A DNA stretch of 40,765 nucleotides from Myxococcota bacterium (GTDB lineage Bacteria; Myxococcota_A; Polyangia; Polyangiales; Sandaracinaceae). The notes under the pieces were generated by a model. It worked only from the letters and a program-made list of their open reading frames with translations. It was not told the DNA's origin and made no database searches. The stretch covers positions 1 to 40,765 of the forward strand of contig JAYZQJ010000008.1 in assembly GCA_036149055.1 (NCBI GenBank), given 5' to 3'. The translations under genes were made by a program, and so were the position numbers. Shown in pieces: positions 18,758 through 26,909 of this stretch; within the stretch, counting starts at the first letter, position 1, and every line of letters starts with the position of its first letter.

Positions 18758-19552
18758 TCAGGCCTCCGCGGGGTCGCGGCGGCGGACGACGAGCGTGTTC
18801 ATGCGCTCCGTCTCCTCGAACTGGCGACGGTAGGCGCGGGCCTCGCGCATCGTCTCGAAGGGGCCGATGCGGACGCGGTACATCGTGCCGCGGTTCTCGA
18901 CCTCGGCCCGCACCACGAAGGCGCGGTGTCCCCGGGAGCGCAGCCCGGCGGCGAACGCCTCGGCGCCCTCGGGCGAGTCGTAGCTGATCACCTGCACGGT
19001 GTACTCGCCGTCGTGGCCCGCGGGCGCCGGCTCGGCCGGGGCGGCCGGGAGCGACGAGGCGACGAGCGGATCGGTGGCCGCGGTGCGGGCGAGCGCGTCG
19101 CTCCCCGGGCCAGCGAGGGTGCCGGCGGGCAGGGCGGCGGGCAGCGCCGCCTCGACCCGGGCCCGGTCCAGCCCGGCCTGCATGGGCGGCAGGTGCTCCA
19201 GGGGATCGGGGTGGGCCAGCTCCGCCGCCGCGGCCGCGACGACCGCCGCGACCTCGGGCCGCTCGTCGGCCGGGCCCAGCGCCTCGGGGAAGCGGAGGTC
19301 GGTGCGGTCCAGCTCCGGCAGCGGCGCCTCCTCCTCGTCCTCCACTGGCGCGAGGCCGGCGGCGCGATCGAGGCGCGCGAGCGGATCGTCCTGGGCCACG
19401 TCCTCCTCGGCCGACCAGCCGACGACGCTGCCCATCGCGAACACGAGCGCGACCGTCACGCCGATGAGCAGCGCCACCAGGGCCAGGGGCCGACCCTCTC
19501 CCTCGTCCTCGCGCTCTCGGATCTGCTCGAGATCCCGCATCGCACTGTCCAT
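18758..19552 (-). CDS. Membrane-anchored SPOR-domain protein
   Basis: One N-terminal TM, an Ala/Pro-rich linker, and a C-terminal SPOR domain YTVQVISY..A....L...G..A.V......MYRVRIGPF. Confidence 0.88.
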   Translation of the reverse strand: MDSAMRDLEQIREREDEGEGRPLALVALLIGVTVALVFAMGSVVGWSAEEDVAQDDPLARLDRAAGLAPVEDEEEAPLPELDRTDLRFPEALGPADERPEVAAVVAAAAAELAHPDPLEHLPPMQAGLDRARVEAALPAALPAGTLAGPGSDALARTAATDPLVASSLPAAPAEPAPAGHDGEYTVQVISYDSPEGAEAFAAGLRSRGHRAFVVRAEVENRGTMYRVRIGPFETMREARAYRRQFEETERMNTLVVRRRDPAEA

Positions 19553-19637
19553 CCGTACACTCCCTTACGTTGTGCTACCTGTCCTACATGTAGGAGACAG
19601 GAGCACCGGGAGTCAAAGAAAGTGCGGCGGGGGCGAT

Positions 19638-20249
19638 CTACCAGGTCAACTTGAACGAGAAGTCGAGCGGGGTCTTCTGGTCGAGCTCGATCTTGCAGTC
19701 GGCGCCGTGCACCAGCTTCAGGGCGGTGTCGAAGGTGCCGAGGTTGTGCACCGGGCCGAGGAACTCGCCGGTGAAGTCGAAGACGCCGGTGTTGGCGCCG
19801 GTCTGCCGGAAGCGCCGCTCGCCGTAGGAGGCGAGCAGCCCGTAGCCGTTGGGCGCGGCGCCGAGCAGGCGGGTCGGATCCTTGCCCGCGAGCAGGGCCA
19901 TCGTCTTGCCCGCGATCGAGTCGAAGAAGGTGTCGACCGCGCTCGCCCCGATCCGGTGCACCGCGAGATCGAAGCCGCCCTCGCCCGGGGCGAGCAGGCG
20001 CGCCGCCTCCTCCTCGTAGCGCAGGAAGTCGCCCATCGCGTACTTGCTCATCGCGTCGTGCTTCTGCCCGGGGATGCCGGCCGCCTCCTTGGCCTGCTCC
20101 ACCGCGTCCGGGCCGAGGGCCTTCTCGAGCGCGCGGTCGACGGACTGGAAGACGATGCCGCGCAGGGTCTCACCGCCGGACAGCAGCTCACGGCGGTGGG
20201 AGAGGGCCACCTCTTCGGGGGTCGTGGGGCGAAATTTCATCGAAGTCAT
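19638..20249 (-). CDS. DUF2378 / TIGR02265-like myxobacterial protein
   Basis: 3' end of the long antisense ORF, with AAGGA before ATG 20249. Motifs TLRGIVFQ, IG..AVDTFFDSIAGKTM..LAG.DP.RLL...P.GY....SYGER and a terminal W. Confidence 0.8.
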   Translation of the reverse strand: MTSMKFRPTTPEEVALSHRRELLSGGETLRGIVFQSVDRALEKALGPDAVEQAKEAAGIPGQKHDAMSKYAMGDFLRYEEEAARLLAPGEGGFDLAVHRIGASAVDTFFDSIAGKTMALLAGKDPTRLLGAAPNGYGLLASYGERRFRQTGANTGVFDFTGEFLGPVHNLGTFDTALKLVHGADCKIELDQKTPLDFSFKLTW

Positions 20250-20324
20250 GGTCGCATCCTTCGGAGGGAGTCCGCTATCCTCGTACGGGAGGATGGTCGG
20301 TGCAGTGAACCGACCGGAGCCAGG

Positions 20325-23300
20325 GTGCCGAGAGACAGGCTGCCGAAAGCATTCGATCGAGCCATCGCGGTCGTGGGCGTGGGTTGCGTCCTTCCCGACG
20401 CGTTCCGGGTGGACGCCTTCTGGAAGAACACGCTCGCGGGACATCGCGCGCTGCGCACCCTCTCGGGGGGCCCGTACGCCTGGGAGCGCTACCACGATCC
20501 GGACGGTTTGGATACCGAAAGGTCCGCGTCGATCGTGGGGGCGCGGGTCGACGGATGGTCGTTCGACTGGCGGCGCTTCCGGGTGCCGCCGAAGGACGTG
20601 GAGACGGTCAACCCGCTCGCCTTCATGACCGTCGACGCGGGCGCGCAGGCGCTCGACGCGGTGAAGGTGCTCCCCAAGGAGCGCGCCGGCGTGTTCCTCG
20701 GCGCGACCGGCTTCGGCTGGCAGCGCGACGCCGCGCTCCGCATCCGCATGGGCGAGATCGAGGACGCGCTGCGCGGCGCGCTGGAGGCGAGCGGCCGGAG
20801 CCTCGCGACCCTGGAGACGGTCCGCGCGCGCCTCGACGCCCGCCTCGGCCCGGTCACCGACGACACCATCGTCAACGGCCCCTCCTCGGTGGCCGGCGGG
20901 CGCCTGTCGATGATCTACGACCTGCGCGGCCTGCACTACGCGGTGGACGCGGGCTTCGCGTCGGCGCTCGCGGCGCTCGAGGTCGGCGTGCGCAGCCTCC
21001 GCGACGGAACCCTCGACCTCGCGCTGGTCGGGGGCGCCAGCGAGCTGCTCGCGCCCCTCGAGCTGATCGCCTTCAGCCGGCTCGGCGGGCTGTCGCGCGG
21101 CGACGTGACCCCCTTCGACGCGCGCGCGCGCGGCACGCTGCTCGGGGAAGGCGTGGCGATGTTCGCGCTCAAGCGCCTCGCCGACGCGGTGCGCGACGGG
21201 GACGAGGTCTGGGCGGTCGTGCGCGGCGTGGGCGGCGCGTCGGACGGGCGCGGGCGCTCGCTCCTCGCCCCCGACCCCGACGGGCAGGCCCGCGCCATGC
21301 GGCGCGCCTACGAAGACGCCCGGGTCGATCCCGCGGAGCTCCGCTTCGTCGAGTGCCACGCCACCGGCACTCCGGTCGGCGACCGGAGCGAGATGATGGC
21401 GCTCAGCCAGGTGGCGCCGCGGGGCACCTGGATCACCAGCGGCAAGGCGGCGCTCGGTCACCTCCGCGGCGGCGCCGGCGCGGTCGGGCTGCTCCGCGCC
21501 ATCCTCGCGTTGAAGCACCGCGTCTTGCCCGCGCAGCCGGCCTTCGAGTCGCCGAGCGAGGCGGTCGAGGCGAGCGGCCTCGAGGTGCCCCGCGAGAACC
21601 TCCCGCTCGAAGGCGACGGCCCGCTCTTCGCGGGCGTGAGCGCCTTCAGCTTCGGGGGCGTCGACTACCACGCGGTGCTCGAGCGCTTCGATCCCGAGCG
21701 CCACCGGCCGCCTCCGCGGGCGCGGCCGGCCCCGAAGCCGCAGCCGATCGCGATCGTGGGCATGGGCGGCGTGTTCCCCGGCGCCGACGACGTGCCGACG
21801 TTCTGGGAGCGGCTGCTCGAGGGCTACGACGCGACCCGCGAGGTGCCGAAGGAGCGCTGGGACGTCGACCGCTACCATCAGCCCGACGGCGAGGCCCCCG
21901 ACAAGAGCTACACCCGGCTCGGCTGCTTCCTCGACCGCTTCCCGGAGGCGGACCCGAAGTGGCGCATCCCGCCGGCCGCGCTCGCGACCCTCGACCCCGG
22001 CCACCTCGTCTGCCTGCGCGCCGCCGAGGAGGCGCTCGCCGACGCGGGCGTCGACCCGGAGGGCTGGGGCCCGCGCGCGCGCACCGCGGTGATGCTCGCG
22101 TTCCTCCCCTACCAGGGGAAGAAGTTCCTCGCCGACGTCAGGGTGAACTTCCGCGAGGTCCGCGCCGAGCTCGAGGCGGCCCTCGCCGAGGCGGGCGCGG
22201 CGCCGGAGGAGATCGCGAAGATCTCCGAGGACGCCGCGGCGCGCTTCTCGGCCGGCCTGCCGCCGCTCGGCGAGGACACCCTGACCGGCTACCTCGGCAG
22301 CCTGAACGCGGGGCGCATCGCCCACCGCTTCGATCTGCAGGGGCCCCACTTCGTCGTCGACGCCGCGTGCGCGTCGACCCACGCGGCCGTGCACGCCGCG
22401 GTGCAGGCGCTGCGGCACGGGACCGCCGACTGGGCGCTCACCGGCGGCGTCTGGGCGGACATGCAGCCCGAGTTCTTCGTCGGCGCGTGCCGCTTCAACG
22501 CGCTCAGCCCGACCGGGAGCACGCCCTTCGACGCGAGGGCCGACGGCTTCATCCCGGGCGAGGGCGGCGGGGTGCTCGTCCTGCGCCGGCTCGAGGACGC
22601 GGTCCGGGACGGGCAGCGCGTCCACGCCGTCATCCGCGGCGTCGGCGGCTCGAGCGATGGCAAGGGTCGATCCGTGCTCGCCCCGACGCAGGAGGGCGAG
22701 GCGGAGGCGATGCGCCGCGCGCTCGAGGAGGCCGAGCTGGTCGGCGCCGACATCGGCTACGTCGAGTGCCACGGGACCGGGACCGCGCTCGGCGACGTGG
22801 TGGAGGCGCACGCGTGCGCGGACGCGTTCGGCGCCGACGGGGAGGGCGCGCCGCGCGAGGCCCCGCTCCGCATCGGGTCGGTCAAGTCCAACATCGGCCA
22901 CCTCAACGCGGCCGCCGGGGTGCCGGGCATCATCAAGGCCGCGCTCGCGCTGCGGGAGGGCGTGATCCCGCCGTCGCTCAAGGTCGCCGCGCCCAACCCC
23001 AAGATCGACTTCGCGGGGCGCAACCTCGAGGTGGTGCGGGCCGCCACCCGCTGGGATCGACCGCCCGGGGGCGCGCGCCGGGCCGGGGTCAGCTCGTTCG
23101 GAGTCGGCGGCGCCAACATGCACGTGATCCTGGAGGAGCACCGCGCGCAGGGGACGGCCCGCGAGACCCCGGAGGCGCCGCGGCTCGAGCCCTCCGCGCT
23201 GCCCCCGATCGCGTCGGTGGCGGCGGCCACGCCCGCGGCGCTCGTGCCCCAGTTCGAGGCGCTCGCGCGCGCCTACGCCGACGGAGGCGTCGAGGCGCTC

Positions 23301-26300
23301 GCCCGCCCGGTCGGCGGCGGCCCGGTGCGCGCCGCCATCGTCGCGCCGACGCCGGACGAGCTCGCCCGGCGCGTCCGCCTGCTCGCCGCGGCGGTGGAGC
23401 GCGACCGCGGCTTCGGCTTCCTGCGCGCGCAGGGCGTCTTCGTCGCCGCGGCCGGCTCGCCGGTGGTCGCCACCTTCCCGGGGCAGGGCTCGCACTACGC
23501 CAACATGGGCCGCGCGCTCGCGGGCGCCGAGCCGGTGTTCCGGGCCATCGTCGAGGAGTTCGACGACGCCTACCAGACGATGACCGGCCGGCGCCTCACC
23601 GCGTCGTTCTGGACCGACTCGCCGGAGACCTGGGAGCAGCACGACGAGGACATCCACTGCGCGGTGATGGCGATCAACGTCGCGCTCCACCGCATGCTGG
23701 CCGAGCGGGGCCTCGCGCCCTTCGCGCTGGTCGGGCAGAGCGCGGGGGAGCTGTCGGCGCTCGTCGTCGCCCGCAGCCTCTCGATCGCCGACGGGCTCCG
23801 CGCGGTCTGGGAGCGGACGCTCGCGGTGCTCGCGCTCGAGCGCGACGACCCCGGGCGCATGATCTCGATCCGGGCCGGCAAGGAGCGCGTCGAGCCGCTG
23901 CTGGTCGGCCTCTCGGGCTACGCGGCCATCGCCGCCGACAACGGCCCGGGCGCCTGCATCGTGAGCGCGGACCGGAAGGCGCGGAACATCCTGGTCACGC
24001 GCCTGACCGACAGCGGGATCGAGCACTCGGTGCTCGCGGTCTCGCACGGCTACCACAGCGCCCTGATCGCCGACGCGCGCCCCGCCTACCAGGCCGCGCT
24101 GCGCACGCTGTCGTTCGCCGAGCCGAGCCTCCCCATCTGGTCGACGATCACCGGGGGCCCGCTCTCGGCGGTGCGTCCGGACGGGATGCCCGAGCACCTC
24201 GCGTCCCAGTTCGTCGAGCCGGTGCGGCTCCGCGGCGCGATCGAGGGCGCGCACCGCGCCGGCGGCCGGCTGTTCGTGGAGTGCGGGCCGAAGTGGCCGC
24301 TGACCACCTTCACCGAGGCCATCCTCGGCGAGCGCGAGCACGTGGCGCAGGCGACCCTCCACCCCAAGGTCGGCGAGACGGAGTCCGCGGCCCGCGCGAT
24401 CGCGTGTCTGGCGGTGCACGGGCACCTCGCCGGCTGGCCCGGCGTCCGGCGCAAGCGCTCCAGCTCCGGGGTGATGCCCGCCGGGAGCGCGCCGCCCGAG
24501 CCCGAGGTGGAGGCGCCGTCTCGCGCCGAGGCGCAGGACGAATTGCAGGACGCTGCGCGCTCGGTCGCCGAGCTCGCGTCGGTGGGCGTGCGGGACGGGG
24601 CCCCGAGCCGCGAGGCGCTGATCGCGCTGCTGCGTCAGATCCGGGATCTCATCGACGAGACCCTCGGCGCGCCCCCGGTCGAGGCCGAGGCTCGCCGGCA
24701 GGCGGTGAACGACCCGGAGCGCTTCCCCAGCGAGGCGCCGACCGATCGCCGCGCGCCGGTCGCGCTCGTCCGCGTGCCGAGGCCGGCGCCGCGCCTCCCT
24801 TCGAGCCGGCCCTCGAGCCGGCCGTCGAGCGTGCCGCCGATGAGCGCGTCCGAGCTCGAGGCGCGCCTGCGCGAGGCGTTCGCCGGTCGGACCGGCTACC
24901 CGGTCGAGATGCTCGAGCCGGGGCTCGACCTCGAGGCGGATCTCGGCATCGACACCGTCAAGCAGGTGGCCGTGCTCGGGGGGCTGCGCGAGGAGCTCGG
25001 GCTCACGCTGGACGCGGCCTTCGTGCCGCGGGACCACCCGACCATCGCGGCGATGGCCCGCTACCTCGAGGGGCGCATGCAGGCGGCCGCGCCGACCTCG
25101 GGGACCCGGGAGAGCGCGTTCGCCGCCGCCCGGCGCTCGAGCGCCGCCCTCGCCGAGAAGGGGCTGCTCGACCGGCTGCAGCGCGCGTTCGCCCAGCGCA
25201 CCGGCTACCCGGTGGAGATGCTCGAGCCGAGCCTCGACCTCGAGGCCGACCTCGGGGTCGACACCGTCAAGCAGGTCGCGGTGCTCTCGGCGCTGCGCGC
25301 GGAGCTCGGCCTCGCGCCGGACGAGACCTTCGAGCTGCGCCGGCACCCGAGCCTCGGATCCCTCGCGCGCTACCTCGCCGGCCGGATCACCGCCGCCGCG
25401 CGCGCGCTCCGGGAGCCGTCGAGCGTCCCGCCCCGCGGTCGCACCAGCTGGCCGGCCGCGCACACCCCGGGGACGCTGCGCGCGGACATGCGGCGGCGGC
25501 TCGTCGACGCCTTCGCGCGGCGGACTGGCTACCCGGAGGAGATGCTCGAGACCGATCTCGACCTCGAGGCGGATCTCGGCATCGACACCGTGAAGCAAGT
25601 GGCGGTGCTCTCCGAGGTCCGCGAGTCGATCGGCCTCGAGGTGGACGAGACCTTCGAGCTCCGCGTGCACCCGACGCTCGGGCACCTGGTCGACTACTTC
25701 GTCGCCCGGGTCGGCGGGACCCGGCGCTCGCCGGCGCCGCGGGAGCGCCGCTCGAGCCTGCCGGCGGCCCCGACCAGCGAGGTGGGGGCCCTGCTGCGCC
25801 GCGCCTTCGCCGAGCGCACCGGCTACCCCGAGGAGATGCTCGACGAGGAGCTCGAGCTCGAGGCGGACCTCGGCATCGACACCGTCAAGCAGGTCGCGGT
25901 GCTCGGGCAGGTGCGCGAGAGCCTGCAGCTCGCGCCCGACGCCGACTTCGTGCTGCGCGACCACCGCACGCTCGCCGACCTCGTCGCCTACTTCCGCGGG
26001 CGCCTCGCCGGGGCCGCGCCGCCCGCCTCGAGCTTGCCTCCGCCGCGCCCGGGCCCCGCCTGGCCGGCCACCGAGGTGGCGAGCGCCGCCTTCTCGCCGC
26101 GGAGCGAGGGCACCGGGCCGTCCCCGCACGATCCGGCCGCGCGGGTGGTGACCGACGGGCGGCTGGTGGAGCTCGCGCTCGGCGCGCTCCCCGACGAGGC
26201 GGCGTTCACCCTGCGCGGGCTCGCCTTCGACCGGCCGGCGCTGGTGCCGGAGGCGGGGCGGCTCACCCTGAAGGTCGAGCGCGAGGAGCGCGCCGCGCCT

Positions 26301-26909
26301 CGGGTCCGGGTCTGCCGGGACGGCGAGCTCTGCCTCGCCTTCGAGGTGTCTCCGGACGCGCCGCCGGGGGCCGCCGCGCTCTCGCCCGAGCTCGCGTCGG
26401 CGCTCGACGCGCGCTGGGGAGACAACGCGAGCGCGATCGGCGAGGAGCTCGGCCGCCCGGCGCCGCTGAGCCGCGGCTTCGTGTGCGCCCCGCGGTGGGA
26501 TCAGGTGGCCAGCGAGCACGCGATGAGCGGGGAGCCCTGGCGACGCCGGGCCGCCGACCTGATCGAGCTCGGGCTCTGGCAGGCGGTGCTCGCCTGGTCG
26601 CATCAGCTCGGCGCGACGCACCTCGTGCGCGGGGCGGCCCGGGTCTGGCTCCGGGCGGTGCCCCCGCCGGGCGCGCGGGTCCGCGCCGTCACCCAGCTGC
26701 GCCCCCGGAGCGGCGGGCGCGCGCGCGCCGACACCCTGCTCCACGACGCCGACGGCGCCTGCTTCGGCGGCGTCGAGGGCATCGAGGGGGTCGCGATCGG
26801 CGCGCCCGCGCTCGACGTCACCCGCGGCGGAGAGGCGGTCGCGCGCTGGCAACACCTCTCGCGTCGCCTCACCGGGCCGATCCTCCCGGGGGAGGACGTC
26901 GGATGGTGA
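20325..26909 (+). CDS. Iterative-type I PKS subunit A: KS0-KS-AT-ACPx4-degenerate DH-like domain (~2194 aa)
   Basis: GTG 20325 after GGAG. KS1 DAGFAS/HATGT/GHL; KS2 DAACAS/HGTGT/KSNIGHL; AT FPGQG..GQSAG..HGYHS; four ACPs TGYPxEML..LEADLG[IV]DTVKQ; C-terminal hot-dog-like segment without the DH His motif. Confidence 0.9.
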   Translation: MPRDRLPKAFDRAIAVVGVGCVLPDAFRVDAFWKNTLAGHRALRTLSGGPYAWERYHDPDGLDTERSASIVGARVDGWSFDWRRFRVPPKDVETVNPLAFMTVDAGAQALDAVKVLPKERAGVFLGATGFGWQRDAALRIRMGEIEDALRGALEASGRSLATLETVRARLDARLGPVTDDTIVNGPSSVAGGRLSMIYDLRGLHYAVDAGFASALAALEVGVRSLRDGTLDLALVGGASELLAPLELIAFSRLGGLSRGDVTPFDARARGTLLGEGVAMFALKRLADAVRDGDEVWAVVRGVGGASDGRGRSLLAPDPDGQARAMRRAYEDARVDPAELRFVECHATGTPVGDRSEMMALSQVAPRGTWITSGKAALGHLRGGAGAVGLLRAILALKHRVLPAQPAFESPSEAVEASGLEVPRENLPLEGDGPLFAGVSAFSFGGVDYHAVLERFDPERHRPPPRARPAPKPQPIAIVGMGGVFPGADDVPTFWERLLEGYDATREVPKERWDVDRYHQPDGEAPDKSYTRLGCFLDRFPEADPKWRIPPAALATLDPGHLVCLRAAEEALADAGVDPEGWGPRARTAVMLAFLPYQGKKFLADVRVNFREVRAELEAALAEAGAAPEEIAKISEDAAARFSAGLPPLGEDTLTGYLGSLNAGRIAHRFDLQGPHFVVDAACASTHAAVHAAVQALRHGTADWALTGGVWADMQPEFFVGACRFNALSPTGSTPFDARADGFIPGEGGGVLVLRRLEDAVRDGQRVHAVIRGVGGSSDGKGRSVLAPTQEGEAEAMRRALEEAELVGADIGYVECHGTGTALGDVVEAHACADAFGADGEGAPREAPLRIGSVKSNIGHLNAAAGVPGIIKAALALREGVIPPSLKVAAPNPKIDFAGRNLEVVRAATRWDRPPGGARRAGVSSFGVGGANMHVILEEHRAQGTARETPEAPRLEPSALPPIASVAAATPAALVPQFEALARAYADGGVEALARPVGGGPVRAAIVAPTPDELARRVRLLAAAVERDRGFGFLRAQGVFVAAAGSPVVATFPGQGSHYANMGRALAGAEPVFRAIVEEFDDAYQTMTGRRLTASFWTDSPETWEQHDEDIHCAVMAINVALHRMLAERGLAPFALVGQSAGELSALVVARSLSIADGLRAVWERTLAVLALERDDPGRMISIRAGKERVEPLLVGLSGYAAIAADNGPGACIVSADRKARNILVTRLTDSGIEHSVLAVSHGYHSALIADARPAYQAALRTLSFAEPSLPIWSTITGGPLSAVRPDGMPEHLASQFVEPVRLRGAIEGAHRAGGRLFVECGPKWPLTTFTEAILGEREHVAQATLHPKVGETESAARAIACLAVHGHLAGWPGVRRKRSSSGVMPAGSAPPEPEVEAPSRAEAQDELQDAARSVAELASVGVRDGAPSREALIALLRQIRDLIDETLGAPPVEAEARRQAVNDPERFPSEAPTDRRAPVALVRVPRPAPRLPSSRPSSRPSSVPPMSASELEARLREAFAGRTGYPVEMLEPGLDLEADLGIDTVKQVAVLGGLREELGLTLDAAFVPRDHPTIAAMARYLEGRMQAAAPTSGTRESAFAAARRSSAALAEKGLLDRLQRAFAQRTGYPVEMLEPSLDLEADLGVDTVKQVAVLSALRAELGLAPDETFELRRHPSLGSLARYLAGRITAAARALREPSSVPPRGRTSWPAAHTPGTLRADMRRRLVDAFARRTGYPEEMLETDLDLEADLGIDTVKQVAVLSEVRESIGLEVDETFELRVHPTLGHLVDYFVARVGGTRRSPAPRERRSSLPAAPTSEVGALLRRAFAERTGYPEEMLDEELELEADLGIDTVKQVAVLGQVRESLQLAPDADFVLRDHRTLADLVAYFRGRLAGAAPPASSLPPPRPGPAWPATEVASAAFSPRSEGTGPSPHDPAARVVTDGRLVELALGALPDEAAFTLRGLAFDRPALVPEAGRLTLKVEREERAAPRVRVCRDGELCLAFEVSPDAPPGAAALSPELASALDARWGDNASAIGEELGRPAPLSRGFVCAPRWDQVASEHAMSGEPWRRRAADLIELGLWQAVLAWSHQLGATHLVRGAARVWLRAVPPPGARVRAVTQLRPRSGGRARADTLLHDADGACFGGVEGIEGVAIGAPALDVTRGGEAVARWQHLSRRLTGPILPGEDVGW
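24850..26010 (+). repeat. Four tandem ACP domains inside PKS A
   Basis: Four copies of F..RTGYP.EML....DLEADLG.DTVKQVAVL..R..L.L joined by Pro/Ser/Arg-rich linkers. Confidence 0.9.

Noticed and set aside
18999..20324. N-terminal extension of PKS A in the ORF track
   Set aside because: It overlaps the SPOR and DUF2378 genes on the opposite strand; KS homology and an RBS begin near 20325.
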